Assembly: GCA_965249575.1 (NCBI GenBank)
Contig: OZ252244.1
Location: 2,336,001 to 2,400,000, forward strand
Source: Gemmatimonadales bacterium
GTDB lineage: Bacteria > Gemmatimonadota > Gemmatimonadetes > Gemmatimonadales > GWC2-71-9
Length of the DNA stretch: 64,000 nt
Direction of reading: 5' to 3'
Shown here piece after piece: positions 18,369 to 28,913 of the stretch (position 1 is its first letter; every line of letters begins with the position of its first letter). The notes beneath the pieces are model-generated. The model ran no database searches. It saw only the letters and a program-made list of their open reading frames with translations, and was not told the origin of the DNA. The position numbers were made by a program, and so were the translations under genes.

Positions 18369-19834
18369 TGGCGCGACGCGCGGGCAGCCGCGGGGACGCC
18401 CCGACCGGCACACCACCCTCGAGTCGGGGCGACGGGCGGGAGGGTGCCGACTACCGAATGTGGGGCGGCCGCTTCGGGGCCGGCCCGGAGGAGGCGTTCG
18501 ACCGGCTCAACCGGAGCCTCCCAGTCGACTACCGCCTGTGGCCGCAGGACGTGCGTGCAAGCCGGGCCTGGGTCCACTCGCTTGCCGCCGCGGGGGTGTT
18601 GGATCGCGGCGAGCGGGAGAAGCTCGTGCGGGGCCTCGACGCGGTGGTGGACCTGCTGGCGAAAGGCGCGGCGTCTGACGCGCCGGACGAAGACGTGCAC
18701 ACCCTGGTTGAGCGTCTCCTGTTCGAGCAGATAGGTGGGTTGGCGGGCAAGCTCCACACTGGCCGCTCTCGAAACGATCAGGTGGCTACCGATCTGCGCT
18801 TGTGGACGATCGATGCCCTCGAGGCGGTCGATCGCGAGGTCGTTGCGCTCGGGCGTGCCGTTCTCAACCAGGCGAAAGCCGGTGTCGATCTGGTCGTGCC
18901 CGGCTACACCCACGGTCAGCGCGCGCAGCCCATTCGTTGGGGCTTTCTCATGATCGCCCACGCCTGGCCGCTCGTGCGGGACCGTCAACGCCTCGCACAG
19001 ATTGGCGAGCGGGTGTCTCACCTCCCGCTCGGCAGCGGCGCGCTCGCCGGATCAGGGGTCCCGGTGGATCGTGCGCAGTTGCAGCTGGAGCTGGGGTTCC
19101 ACCGCCTGTCGCCCAACGCGCTGGACGCGACTGGCGACCGGGACTTCGCCGCCGAAGCGCTGTTCGCACTCGCGCTGATCGGGACGCACGTCTCTCGCTT
19201 AGCGGCGGACTTGCTCACCGCCAACTCCTCCGAGCACGGCTTTGTGACCCTGGCCGATGGCTATTCGAGTGGATCGAGCCTCATGCCGCAGAAGCGAAAT
19301 CCCGACGCCTTCGAGATTGCGCGAGGCAAGGCGGCAAGAGTGCTGGGCGATCTCGCCGCCTTCCTGGCGATGCTCAAGGGCCTGCCCGCGGGTTACAGCA
19401 AGGACCTGCAGGAGGATAAGGCGCTGCTCTTCGACGGCGTGGACGCGGTACTGCTCACGCTACCCGCGGTTCGAGGTGCGGTGGCGACCATGGAGCCGAA
19501 TGGGGATCGGATGCGGGCGGCCCTCGACCCGAGCATGTTGGCGACTGACATCGCGGACGGGCTCGTGGCGCGTGGCATTCCGTTCAGGGAAGCCCACAGC
19601 TTGGTCGGCCGGCTTGTCCGCTCGTCCGAAGAGCTCGGCGTTGCCGTCACGGAGGTCCCGGAAGCGGCCTCCCGGGACATTCACGAGGACATCCCCGGGG
19701 TCGTTGCCGCGCTCGGGACGTGGGAGGATTCAGTAGAGCGCCGGAGCACCGTCGGTGGATCGTCGCGCGCGTCCGTCCTCGACCAAATCCAAGCGGTTGA
19801 GGCGGAACTCCAGGCCGAGTGGAGCTTGGGGTAG
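18365..19834 (+). CDS. argH: argininosuccinate lyase
   Basis: MWGGRF, EDVH, LHTGRSRNDQ, GSSLMPQKRNPD. Confidence 0.97.
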   Translation: MMARRAGSRGDAPTGTPPSSRGDGREGADYRMWGGRFGAGPEEAFDRLNRSLPVDYRLWPQDVRASRAWVHSLAAAGVLDRGEREKLVRGLDAVVDLLAKGAASDAPDEDVHTLVERLLFEQIGGLAGKLHTGRSRNDQVATDLRLWTIDALEAVDREVVALGRAVLNQAKAGVDLVVPGYTHGQRAQPIRWGFLMIAHAWPLVRDRQRLAQIGERVSHLPLGSGALAGSGVPVDRAQLQLELGFHRLSPNALDATGDRDFAAEALFALALIGTHVSRLAADLLTANSSEHGFVTLADGYSSGSSLMPQKRNPDAFEIARGKAARVLGDLAAFLAMLKGLPAGYSKDLQEDKALLFDGVDAVLLTLPAVRGAVATMEPNGDRMRAALDPSMLATDIADGLVARGIPFREAHSLVGRLVRSSEELGVAVTEVPEAASRDIHEDIPGVVAALGTWEDSVERRSTVGGSSRASVLDQIQAVEAELQAEWSLG

Positions 19835-19848
19835 CTCCCGCGCCGCTG

Positions 19849-20082
19849 CTAGACGCTCAGCTCGTCGATCAGCGCCTCGAAGTCCGGTTCTTCCCAGCGG
19901 AACCGGTGCGGGTCGACGGCGTCCCGGATCACGGATAACACCGCGGCGATTTGTTCGGCGTGCCGCGCCTCGAAGTCCTCCCCCCGGAATACCTCTTCCG
20001 CCCAGGCCGCCAAATCCTCCAACGTCAGGAATCCGTCGACGTGGCTCTGGATCTTGGCCCTCAGTTGCTCTCGGTCGATCAT
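19849..20082 (-). CDS. small acidic hypothetical protein (77 aa)
   Basis: MIDREQLRAKIQ...DELSV; fills the gap between argH and the HNH gene; protein-like helical pattern. Confidence 0.65.
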   Translation of the reverse strand: MIDREQLRAKIQSHVDGFLTLEDLAAWAEEVFRGEDFEARHAEQIAAVLSVIRDAVDPHRFRWEEPDFEALIDELSV

Positions 20083-20118
20083 GGGGGCGGGCCGGCTTCG
20101 TTGAGCCAAGGCGCACTC

Positions 20119-20147
20119 TTGCAAGGGGTTAGGCGGCCGTGTATGAT
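20119..20147 (+). promoter_or_regulatory. sigma70-type promoter for HNH-yjbQ
   Basis: TTGCAA-17 nt-TATGAT. Confidence 0.6.
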
Positions 20148-20217
20148 TCGGGCATAATCCCCTCTCGCGCCCGGCATCGCGAGTGCGAGGGGGTCTTTCT
20201 GCCAACTTGGAGGTGGG

Positions 20218-20769
20218 GTGGCCTGCCTGGCGCTCAATGCGTCGTTCGAGCCGCTGACGCTGGTCCCGGTCCGCCGCGCGCTCCGTCTCGTGATCGATGG
20301 CAAGGCCGAGATCGTGGAGGCGGACGGGAGCCGCCCGGTCCGGAGCGAGCGCCTGTCCGTCCCGCGGCCCATCGTCATCCGGCTCATGCGATTCATCCAC
20401 GTTCCTCGCCGCTTCCGGAGACAAGTCACCAACACGTTCCTGTTCGCCCGAGATGGGTATCGTTGCCAGTTCTGCGGGCGTCCAGCCCCCGAATTGCGGC
20501 ACCGTGAGTTTCTCACACGGGACCATCTCCTCCCGCTCTCGCGCGGGGGCACCAACGATTGGACGAACGTGGTCACTGCCTGTTCTTCTTGCAATACCCG
20601 CAAGGGCAACGCGCTGCCGGAGGAATGCGGGATGAGTCCACTGCGGCCGCCCCACCAGCCGCACTTCGTGTATCTGAGCTGGGCCGTCAGGCGCCTTACG
20701 CCTATCCAGGCGAAGTACATCCGCATGTTTTACGGCGAGAACACGCTGGCACAACTTCGCGGCCTCTAG
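20218..20769 (+). CDS. HNH endonuclease (McrA-like)
   Basis: [52 protein letters not shown]. Confidence 0.92.
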   Translation: MACLALNASFEPLTLVPVRRALRLVIDGKAEIVEADGSRPVRSERLSVPRPIVIRLMRFIHVPRRFRRQVTNTFLFARDGYRCQFCGRPAPELRHREFLTRDHLLPLSRGGTNDWTNVVTACSSCNTRKGNALPEECGMSPLRPPHQPHFVYLSWAVRRLTPIQAKYIRMFYGENTLAQLRGL

Positions 20770-20785
20770 TCCCGCGCTACCCCAA

Positions 20786-21205
20786 GTGAAATCCCATACC
20801 CATTATCTCTGGTTCAACACGAAGAAACGCCAGGAGATACTGGACATCACGGACGATGTGGAGCAGCAAGTCTCCGAGAGTGGGGTGGACGAGGGGATGG
20901 TTTTGGTCTCGGCCATGCACATCACGGCATCTGTCTTCGTGAACGACCACGAGTCGGGTCTCTGGCATGATATTCTGAAGTGGCTCGACGAGACGATTGC
21001 GCCGTGGGATCCGGACCGCTACCGGCACAACGAGACCGGCGAGGACAACGCCGCCGCGCACCTCCGAAGCCTGACAGTAGGCCATGAGGCGATCGTTCCA
21101 GTAACGGGCGGGAAGCTCGATCTCGGACCGTGGCAGCGTGTGTTTTACGGGGAATGGGACGGCCGCCGCCGGAAGCGAGTCGTCATCAAGATTCTCGGGG
21201 ACTAG
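20786..21205 (+). CDS. yjbQ: YjbQ family (secondary thiamine-phosphate synthase) protein
   Basis: [28 protein letters not shown]. Confidence 0.92.
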   Translation: MKSHTHYLWFNTKKRQEILDITDDVEQQVSESGVDEGMVLVSAMHITASVFVNDHESGLWHDILKWLDETIAPWDPDRYRHNETGEDNAAAHLRSLTVGHEAIVPVTGGKLDLGPWQRVFYGEWDGRRRKRVVIKILGD

Positions 21206-21278
21206 TCCGGCGAGCGGGTGCCCAGGTCCACTCGGCCTTGCTTCCCTCCCGCAGGACGTTCACTCCCCAACCCCCCGC

Positions 21279-21307
21279 TTGTCGAGGCTGTGTAAGTTCA
21301 TTATTTT
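21279..21307 (+). promoter_or_regulatory. sigma70-type promoter
   Basis: TTGTCG-17 nt-TATTTT upstream of the acyl-CoA ligase. Confidence 0.45.
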
Positions 21308-21339
21308 CAACAGTTCCGGCGGTGAAAGAGGACGATTTG

Positions 21340-22908
21340 GTGAGGTACCACCTGGCGGAACGCTTCGCCGGAATGGTGAAGCAACACCCAGGCCGCGAAT
21401 GCGTCGTAACCGAAAACAGAAGGCTCACGTACGATGAGGTCGACCGTCAATCGGCCGCGCTCGCCAGTGCATGGGCGAGCTTGGGTGTGCAGCCTGGGGA
21501 CCGCATAGCGGTCGACCTGCCAAACTGGCCCGAATGGGTCGTATCCTTCCTCGCCGCGGCCCGCATGGGCGGCGGCGTCGTCCCGTTGAACCCCTCGCTC
21601 GGATATCACGAGCTCAGGTACCAGCTTCGGCACGCGGAGGCGCACCTCGCTGTGGCGGCCGACTCACTTGTGGGGCTCGAATATGTCGAGGTGTTCGAGG
21701 ATCTCGTCGAGCAGCTTCCCGACCTGCGCTACGTGGTGTGTGCCGGGCCCTCGGAGGACCTGTGGCACGACGAGCGCATGCTGCGTTTCAGCTACCTGAC
21801 GGTGGGTGGTGGAGAGACCGCCCCGGCCTCGGCCCCGTCGGATGTGAGTGCCCCGCTAGCATTGATCTACACGTCGGGAACGATGGGGAAGCCGAAGGGC
21901 GTGCTCCTCACGCACGGCAACCTTGTCCAGACGGCAGTCAGCACCGCGGAGGTACTTGGCCTGCGAGGGGAAGACCGGGTCCTGGCCGCGGTGCCTTTTT
22001 TCACGGTATTCGGAGTACACGTTGCCCTCACGACGCTCACCGTGGGCGGGACCCTGGTGCTTCAGGACCGGTTCGAGCCGCACGGTGCGCTCGACTTGCT
22101 CGAGCGCGAGCAAGTCAGTGTGTGCCACGGCGTCCCCACGATGTTCCAGCTTCTGATGCGCGAGCCCTCCTTCGGAAGCCGGACCCTCTCCGCCGTCCGG
22201 ACGGGCATAGTCGCCGGGAGCCCGGTTTCCAGCGATCTCGTGCAGCGGATCCGGCGGTGGAACGACGCCCAGATTGCCTATGGCCTGACCGAAACCGGTC
22301 CTACGATCACCATCACGCGGGCGGACGACACTGGACACGCCAGGGAACAAACGGTAGGTCGGCCTCTTCCGGGCATCGAGGTGAAGGTCGTGGATGTGAA
22401 GACGGGAGCCCTGCACGGCCCGGAAGCTGTGGGCGAGTTGGTGGTGAAGGGACCCAACGTGATGGCTGGCTATCATCGAATGCCGGTCGAGACGCAGCGA
22501 TCGTTCACACCGGAGGGGTATTTCCTGACCGGCGACCTGGCCATCGTGGACGATGAGGGCTACGTATCGATCGTTGGGCGCCGTTCGGCAGTGATCATCC
22601 GCGGCGGCTACAACATTTTTCCGCGCGAGTTGGAGGATGTCCTCCGCTTGCATCCCGCGGTTGACGACGCCTGCGTCGTTGGCGTACCCCACGAGATTCT
22701 CGGAGAGGTCGCCTGCGCGTGCATTGTCCCGCTGGAAGGTGCCATCGTGACCGGAGACGAGCTCAAGGAGTTCGCCCGAGAGCACGTGGCTGACTACAAG
22801 GTCCCAGATCTCGTCCGCTTCTTCGACACCTTCCCGCTCACCGGGAGCGGGAAGGTGAAGCGAAGGGAGCTGGCGCAGGTGGTGGGACTAGAATTGAGTG
22901 CACCGTGA
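21340..22908 (+). CDS. class I adenylate-forming enzyme (long-chain acyl-CoA ligase)
   Basis: [37 protein letters not shown] before the GTG at 21340. Confidence 0.9.
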   Translation: MRYHLAERFAGMVKQHPGRECVVTENRRLTYDEVDRQSAALASAWASLGVQPGDRIAVDLPNWPEWVVSFLAAARMGGGVVPLNPSLGYHELRYQLRHAEAHLAVAADSLVGLEYVEVFEDLVEQLPDLRYVVCAGPSEDLWHDERMLRFSYLTVGGGETAPASAPSDVSAPLALIYTSGTMGKPKGVLLTHGNLVQTAVSTAEVLGLRGEDRVLAAVPFFTVFGVHVALTTLTVGGTLVLQDRFEPHGALDLLEREQVSVCHGVPTMFQLLMREPSFGSRTLSAVRTGIVAGSPVSSDLVQRIRRWNDAQIAYGLTETGPTITITRADDTGHAREQTVGRPLPGIEVKVVDVKTGALHGPEAVGELVVKGPNVMAGYHRMPVETQRSFTPEGYFLTGDLAIVDDEGYVSIVGRRSAVIIRGGYNIFPRELEDVLRLHPAVDDACVVGVPHEILGEVACACIVPLEGAIVTGDELKEFAREHVADYKVPDLVRFFDTFPLTGSGKVKRRELAQVVGLELSAP

Positions 22909-24731
22909 AGGAATTCAACGCACCGCCGCCGACACGAGCCGCGTCTAGCGAGCCGCTGGCCCACACGCCGAACGCGGCTCTCCTCATCGACTTCGACAAC
23001 GTCACCATGGGCATCCGGTCGGACCTGCAGAATCAGCTGCGCAAGCTGCTGCAATCCGACGTGTTCAAGGGAAAGGTCTCGGTGCAGCGCGCGTACGCGG
23101 ACTGGCGGCGATATCCCCAATACATCGTCCCACTATCCGAGGCGTCGATTGACCTCATTTTCGCGCCCGCCTTCGGATCGAACAAGAAGAACGCAACCGA
23201 CATTCGCCTCGCAATCGACGCGCTGGAGCTGGTGTTCACGCGTCCGGAGATCGGCATCTTCATCCTCTTGTCGGGTGACAGTGATTTTTCGAGCCTCGTG
23301 CTCAAGCTCAAGGAGTACGCGAAGTACGTGATCGGCGTCGGGATTCGCGAGTCATCGAGTGACTTGCTCATCCAGAACTGCGACGAGTACTACAGCTACA
23401 ACGAGCTGACCGGACTGGCCCGGGAGGGCGAGGGCGAGCACCAGCGTCGAGATCCCTGGGACCTCGTCATCGCGGCCCTCACTCGTATGAAAGAGCGTTC
23501 GGACGTGATGCGCTCCGATCGGATGAAGCAAGTCATGCAGGAGATCGACCCGACCTTCGACGAAAAGGACGCAGGGTTCAACCGATTCAGCAAATTCATG
23601 CTCGAGGCGGGCAAGCGCGGGTTGGTACGGCTCAGGCGCATGGAGAACGGGCAGTACGAGGTCGACCTCGGTGCCAACGCGAACGTTTCTCCCGAGGTCG
23701 AGGCGGGGATCGAAGCCGAGGCCGAGGCGGCGGTGGCCCCGGCCGCGAAACCGCGCCGGAAACGCGCGGGACGTGATCGCGTGGAGCGCGCGGCAGCGGG
23801 TCGCGGTATCACGCTGGCCGATGCCTTCGCCCTGCTGAAGAAGGCCCTCGGGGAGCTAGGCGCGGTCGGCGAGGAATCGGCTGATGCGGGCCAAGTGCGT
23901 GAGCGGATGCTGGAGCTTAGAGACGGCGACGCGGACCCCGTCCTGGACGGGGCGCGTTTTCAGCGGTTTCTCCGCCAAGCCCACGACGCCGATGTTATCG
24001 ATCTCGTGAAACAGGACGACGAGGTGTACCTCCTGCGACTGCGGCCGGAGCCCGAGGCCGGGGATGCACCAACGGCTCAAGGCACCCCGGAGGCGCCATC
24101 GATTGAGGCTCCCCCAGTGCAAGGTGCGGCCGAGCCGCGCCGCCGGAGCCCGACGGGGCGCAGAAAGAAGGCGGCCAGCGGGACGGGCGAACGTAGAAAG
24201 CGGGCCCCTCGCAAGCTGGCAGCGAGGAAGGACGAGGGCAACCAGGCCGCGAAGGCGCCCGAGCCCGAGGGCCAGGCGGAGTCTAACGAACGCCGGAGCG
24301 GCGTTGGCTTCCGGTCGGGGTCTCGCAAGCCGATCCGTCGAGCGAGAACCGAGGGATCGGCGGAGCCGACCGCCACAGACTCGGGGACGGCGGCAAAACC
24401 TACCCCGGTGCCCCCGAGGGAATCAGACGGAAAGCGGTCCGTCCGGTCCCGCGCGGGGAGCAGAGGACGCACGCCGCGGCCCGCCGCCACCAAGGAGGAC
24501 CCACCAACTAGCTCTGGCCCGTCGGTGCCAGACAACCGCGCGCTCGGGGGTGACACTAGGAGCACCTCAGCGGACACCGGCGCCCGCGCCCAGGCCGCGG
24601 CGAAGCCCCCGCCCACCACGGAGGTGGCGGAAACCGAGGAGGGCGGCTCGAGTCTGCTGAAGCGAATGACCGCGGCATTGCAGAAAGTCGTCATGGGCGA
24701 AGACCCGCCAGCGCCGCGGGAAGGCGGGTAG
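22905..24731 (+). CDS. NYN-domain ribonuclease with OST-HTH/LOTUS domain(s) and a long disordered C-terminus
   Basis: [43 protein letters not shown] (LOTUS-like); tail rich in R, K, P, A, E. Confidence 0.88.
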   Translation: MKEFNAPPPTRAASSEPLAHTPNAALLIDFDNVTMGIRSDLQNQLRKLLQSDVFKGKVSVQRAYADWRRYPQYIVPLSEASIDLIFAPAFGSNKKNATDIRLAIDALELVFTRPEIGIFILLSGDSDFSSLVLKLKEYAKYVIGVGIRESSSDLLIQNCDEYYSYNELTGLAREGEGEHQRRDPWDLVIAALTRMKERSDVMRSDRMKQVMQEIDPTFDEKDAGFNRFSKFMLEAGKRGLVRLRRMENGQYEVDLGANANVSPEVEAGIEAEAEAAVAPAAKPRRKRAGRDRVERAAAGRGITLADAFALLKKALGELGAVGEESADAGQVRERMLELRDGDADPVLDGARFQRFLRQAHDADVIDLVKQDDEVYLLRLRPEPEAGDAPTAQGTPEAPSIEAPPVQGAAEPRRRSPTGRRKKAASGTGERRKRAPRKLAARKDEGNQAAKAPEPEGQAESNERRSGVGFRSGSRKPIRRARTEGSAEPTATDSGTAAKPTPVPPRESDGKRSVRSRAGSRGRTPRPAATKEDPPTSSGPSVPDNRALGGDTRSTSADTGARAQAAAKPPPTTEVAETEEGGSSLLKRMTAALQKVVMGEDPPAPREGG

Positions 24732-24735
24732 GCCG

Positions 24736-25332
24736 CTGGCGGTACCCCGGCGGCCGCTATCGGCGGCCTTTTACGCGCGCGACACGCGGCAAGTCGCGCG
24801 CGATCTGCTGGGGTGCATACTCGAAACGCGCGTTCGGAACGTTCGAACGGCCGGGCGCATTGTCGAGGTCGAGGCGTACGTGGGGCCCCACGACGCCGCC
24901 GCCCACGGTTATCGGGGACGCCGAACCCAGCGCAATGCCCCCCTCTTTGGCCCACCCGGTACGTGCTACGTGTATTTCATCTACGGAATGCATTGGTGCT
25001 TCAATGCCGTCACCGAAGCGAAGGGGTACCCGGCGGCGGTCCTGGTCCGGGCGCTCGAGCCCTGCCTGGGTCTCGACGCCATGGCGCGCAGGCGTCGGGT
25101 GTCCGACCCACGCCTACTGTGTTCCGGGCCCGGCCGCCTTTGTCAGTCGCTGGGGATCACGGGTTCGTTCAATCGGCGCCCGCTCGTGAGTGGCAGAGCC
25201 TGTATTCTCGCGGGTGAGCGGCTAACGGCCCGCAGTATCGGATCGGGGCCGCGCGTCGGGATCTCGCGAGCTCGGAACTGGCCGCTACGGTTTTTTGAGA
25301 GGGGTTCGCCATGGCTGTCGCGCCGCGCCTGA
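24736..25332 (+). CDS. mpg: DNA-3-methyladenine glycosylase (MPG/AAG family)
   Basis: FYARDT..VARDLLG, IVEVEAYVG, YVYFIYGMHWC, GPGRLC, PRVGI. The frame is open upstream of 24880; CTG start inferred. Confidence 0.9.
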   Translation: MAVPRRPLSAAFYARDTRQVARDLLGCILETRVRNVRTAGRIVEVEAYVGPHDAAAHGYRGRRTQRNAPLFGPPGTCYVYFIYGMHWCFNAVTEAKGYPAAVLVRALEPCLGLDAMARRRRVSDPRLLCSGPGRLCQSLGITGSFNRRPLVSGRACILAGERLTARSIGSGPRVGISRARNWPLRFFERGSPWLSRRA

Positions 25333-25359
25333 ACGGCGCGACAGCCATTGGCGTCGGAA

Positions 25360-26016
25360 TCAGCGCTCGGTGCTGACTTCCTCGTGGGCGTTGGTCAGGG
25401 AAAACCGCGCCCCGGCGGTGAGCGCGTGTGTCTCGCTGTTAATGAGAAAATCGCTACTCGACGGCATGAACTGATACTGTCCGAACACGGCCCACCTGTT
25501 GCGGAACCGGTATTACACCCCGGCGGACAACACGGCAAAGGCCTTGGTGTCGAACTGCGAGATGGCGGATTCAACTGAAAGCTGCTCTTGGGGTGACGCG
25601 AAAGGCCCCTGCGCGACGGCGTCTGTGATTTGATGAATCGCGAAGCCGCCCCCGGCCAAGATCTGAAGCTTCGTGTCGGTGGGTATCGCGTAGAGCATCG
25701 CCTGGATCCGCCGGCCGTTGCCGAAATCCACCAGTCGCGTCCCACCGCCGTCGAAAATGGCTGACTGCGCTCCGCTCTCGAAGATCACTTGGTTGAAAGA
25801 CATGTAGAGCGCGGAGCGCTTTCCGGTAATGAGCCAGTGCCCCCCGACATCAATAGCGACTTGGTTCGAGGTCTGAGCCGGTGTCTTGTATAGGAAGGCG
25901 CTTGCCTGACCACCCCACCACCATCTCCCTTGCCAGGCTTCGGCCTGGGCGGCGAGCGGGGCCGCCCCCGCCGACACGAACAAGACGGCTCCCAGTAATC
26001 CAGACAGTCCTCGCAT
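25360..26016 (-). pseudogene. outer-membrane beta-barrel-like protein with an in-frame TAA at 25513-25515
   Basis: Signal peptide and amphipathic beta-strands; the frame continues after TAA (YRFRNRWAVFGQYQF...AGARFSL) to TGA at 25360. Confidence 0.7.
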
Positions 26017-26638
26017 GAGCCTTTTCTCCCAAGCTGTTTCCCCGATCAGCCTAGCGGATCGAGGAGCGACGCGCAGACGCCGCGTTGATTTGAAAGGTTA
26101 CGACAACCCGGTCCTACCGACCTCCCATCGGAGAAGCCCAGCCCACAACCCCGCCGCCAGATCCACCCCCAGCTTGGGGCACCCAAGATAGAGCCTCCCG
26201 GTCAAAAACGCGAGCCCTTTTTCCGATTCCCATGCCAGCTAGTCTGTTGTCCGTGAGAGGGTTAACCCAGGGGATCGCGAAACTACTTGAGGCGAGAGCC
26301 TGGAGAGGCTGGCTACCTTCCATCACAGAGGTTTGGCTCCGCACTTCTTTGGCGGCCATCTTCGGTCATCAGCCACAGGTGTGAGTGAATGCTCACTTGG
26401 TGCAACTGTCTCTCCTCTCATGGGTTTCCGTGCCTCCTATGCCGCCCTCAATGTGGCTCGTTCTTGCGTTCCGGGACTCTAACCGAACCTGATGGGTCAC
26501 CAAGATCTGATTATCGACCGAATGCGCAGCGCCCTGTAAGACGAAGGGTGGACGACTTGAGGAATGGCACAGGCGGTCGCTTCGAACTGTGACCTGGGGC
26601 ACTATTCCCGGTCGGCCGGGGCGCTAAAGGTCGGTCGC

Positions 26639-27838
26639 TCAGACGAGCCCGAGCTTCGTGCCGACTCTCTCGAACGCTTCAAGCGCCTGGTCGAGGTCGT
26701 CTCGTGTGTGGGCGGCCGACAACTGGCAGCGGACTCGTGCCTCTCCCTTCGGCACGACGGGGTAGCCGAACCCAGTGACGAACACTCCCTCGTCCAGTAA
26801 GAGGTTGCTCATCTGAATGGCCTTTGCGGTTTCCCCGAGAATCACGGGAACGATGGGTGTTGCCCCCTCGAGTGGCCTGAAGCCTCTGGCCTTGAGCTGA
26901 TCTCGGAAATAGCTCGTATTGTCCCGGAGGCGCTGGATTAGCTGTGGGTGCTGCTGCAGGTAGTGGATTGCCGCGAGCGCGCTCCCGGCCACGGTGCACG
27001 GCAGGGCGTTGGAGAAGAGCTGCGGGCGGGATCGTTGGGTAAGGTACTCGCAAAACGCGCCGGAACTCGCCACGAAGCCTCCCGCCGCCCCGCCGAGCGC
27101 CTTCCCCAACGTGGACGTGATGATGTCGACCTCGCCGAGCACGCCCGCATGTTCCGGCGTCCCGCGGCCGGTGTCTCCAAGCACGCCGGTCGAATGAGAA
27201 TCGTCGACGGCCACGAGGGCGTCGTGCTTCTTGGCGAGCTCGAGGATATCTGCCAGCTTGGCGACGTCTCCTTCCATCGAGAACACGCCATCCGTGAAGA
27301 TGAGGCGGGTCCGGGCATCGCGAGCCGCGATGAGTTTCTCCTTGAGGTCGGTCATGTCCGAGTGTCGGTACACCGCCGTGCGGCACTTCGAGATCCCTTT
27401 CGCGAGCCGGATGGCATCGATGATGGAAGCGTGGTTGAGCTGGTCGGACACGACGGCATCATCCGGCCCGAGCAGCGTCGGACAGACCGCCTCGTTCGCG
27501 GTCCAACACGAAACGAACGAGAGCGACGCCTCGGTGCCGACGAACCGCGCGAGCTCGTCCTCGAGCTCTCGGTGAATGGTGAAGGTCCCGCAGATGAACC
27601 GAACGCTAGCAGTACCGGCGCCGAACCGATCGAGGGCGGCTTTGCCGGCCGCCACCACCTCCGGCACAGTGCAGAGACCGAGGTAATTGTTGCTCGACAG
27701 AATGATGACCTCTCCGCGGCCCTCCATTTGGACGCGGGGCGCCTGGGGCGAATCCAGGTAGTTGAGCTGCTTGTAGACCCTGTCACTCCGGAACTGGTCC
27801 AAGTCGCTTCGTATGCGCTGTTCCACCGCGGCCAACAT
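26639..27838 (-). CDS. kbl: glycine C-acetyltransferase (2-amino-3-ketobutyrate CoA ligase)
   Basis: SSNNYLGL, ASVRFICGT, DQLNHASIID, TLGKALGG; next to tdh. Confidence 0.95.
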   Translation of the reverse strand: MLAAVEQRIRSDLDQFRSDRVYKQLNYLDSPQAPRVQMEGRGEVIILSSNNYLGLCTVPEVVAAGKAALDRFGAGTASVRFICGTFTIHRELEDELARFVGTEASLSFVSCWTANEAVCPTLLGPDDAVVSDQLNHASIIDAIRLAKGISKCRTAVYRHSDMTDLKEKLIAARDARTRLIFTDGVFSMEGDVAKLADILELAKKHDALVAVDDSHSTGVLGDTGRGTPEHAGVLGEVDIITSTLGKALGGAAGGFVASSGAFCEYLTQRSRPQLFSNALPCTVAGSALAAIHYLQQHPQLIQRLRDNTSYFRDQLKARGFRPLEGATPIVPVILGETAKAIQMSNLLLDEGVFVTGFGYPVVPKGEARVRCQLSAAHTRDDLDQALEAFERVGTKLGLV

Positions 27839-27841
27839 GAA

Positions 27842-28880
27842 CTACCCTCCGATCTCCAGAATCACTTTCCCGGCCTGTCCGGAACGGATGGCCTGAAGTG
27901 CGTCGTCGATGCCGTCTAAGGGATAGCAGTGCGTAATCACGGGGGTTGGGTCGAAGAGCCCGGAGGCGAGGAACTTCCGCATCTGGTGCCACGTTTCGAA
28001 GATCCTGCGGCCGACCACCCCGTAGACGGTAATGCCTTTGAAGATGACGTCGTTCGACAGGTCGATACTGATTTCCTCCTTCGGGAGTCCGAGGAGGTGA
28101 ACGCGGCCACCCAATCGGACGGAGGCGAGGGCTTGCTTCAAAGCGGTGGGGTGCCCCGACATCTCGCACACCAGGTCGACCCCTTCTCCCATGGTGGCCT
28201 CTTGCACCGCGGCCACGACATCCACCTCGGTCGGGTTCAGCGTCGTGTGCGCCCCCATCCGGGCCGCAAGTTCGAGTCGGAACGGATTGATATCGGCGGC
28301 GATGACGGTGGCTGCCCCCGCGACCCGCGCGATGCCGGTCGCGAAGCACCCCAATGGGCCCACAGCCAAGAACGAGCACGGTGCTGCCGGGTAGATCGGG
28401 GGAGAGTACCGCGTGAAACGCGTTCCCCAGGGGATCCATCACGGCGCCGACCGTCGTCGGTGTGGCGCCGAGGGCCATGACGTTGATGGCGGGCATGGCT
28501 ACGAACTCGGCAAAGGCGCCGTCGCGGTCCACGCCGATGATCCGAGTTTGCTGGCAGATATGGCCGTTCCCGGTCCTGCATTGGCGACAGTGACCGCAAA
28601 CGATGTGGCCCTCCGCCGTGACCAGCTGGCCCGGCGTAAACTGGTCCGGCGGCACCTGGGGTCCGATCTCCGCGATCTCTCCGGCGAACTCGTGTCCGAT
28701 TATGAGGGGAGGCTCCATGCGTCCCCGGGCCCAGTCGTCCCAGTCCGCGATGTGTAGGTCAGTGCCACACACGCCGGCGTGATGGACCTTGATGAGAACG
28801 TCGTGCGGCGCACAGCGGGGAACCGGGACCTCGGCGATCTTGAGGCCTGGGCCGGGGCGATCTTTGCAAATGGCGCGCAT
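27842..28880 (-). pseudogene. tdh: L-threonine 3-dehydrogenase, +1 frameshift in the G4 run at 28349-28352 (possibly a sequencing error)
   Basis: GVCGTDLH, GHEFAG, CGHCRQC; GCGPIG continues in the second frame as CFATGIARVAGA...GKVIL. Confidence 0.9.
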
Positions 28881-28913
28881 CGGCCTGGTTACGCTGATGC
28901 CAGCGGGACGGGG

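Noticed and set aside
20218..20769. Homing endonuclease or mobile element
   Set aside because: No intron, terminal repeats or transposase; it has an ordinary promoter and yjbQ next to it.
26280..26430. Glycine riboswitch near kbl (GGAGAG, CCGAAG and CCTCT fragments)
   Set aside because: No CTCAGG motif or proper pairing, and it lies downstream of kbl.
28340..28360. Programmed frameshift or phase variation in tdh and the other split genes
   Set aside because: The runs are only 2-4 nt with no slippery heptamer; error or point mutation is simpler.
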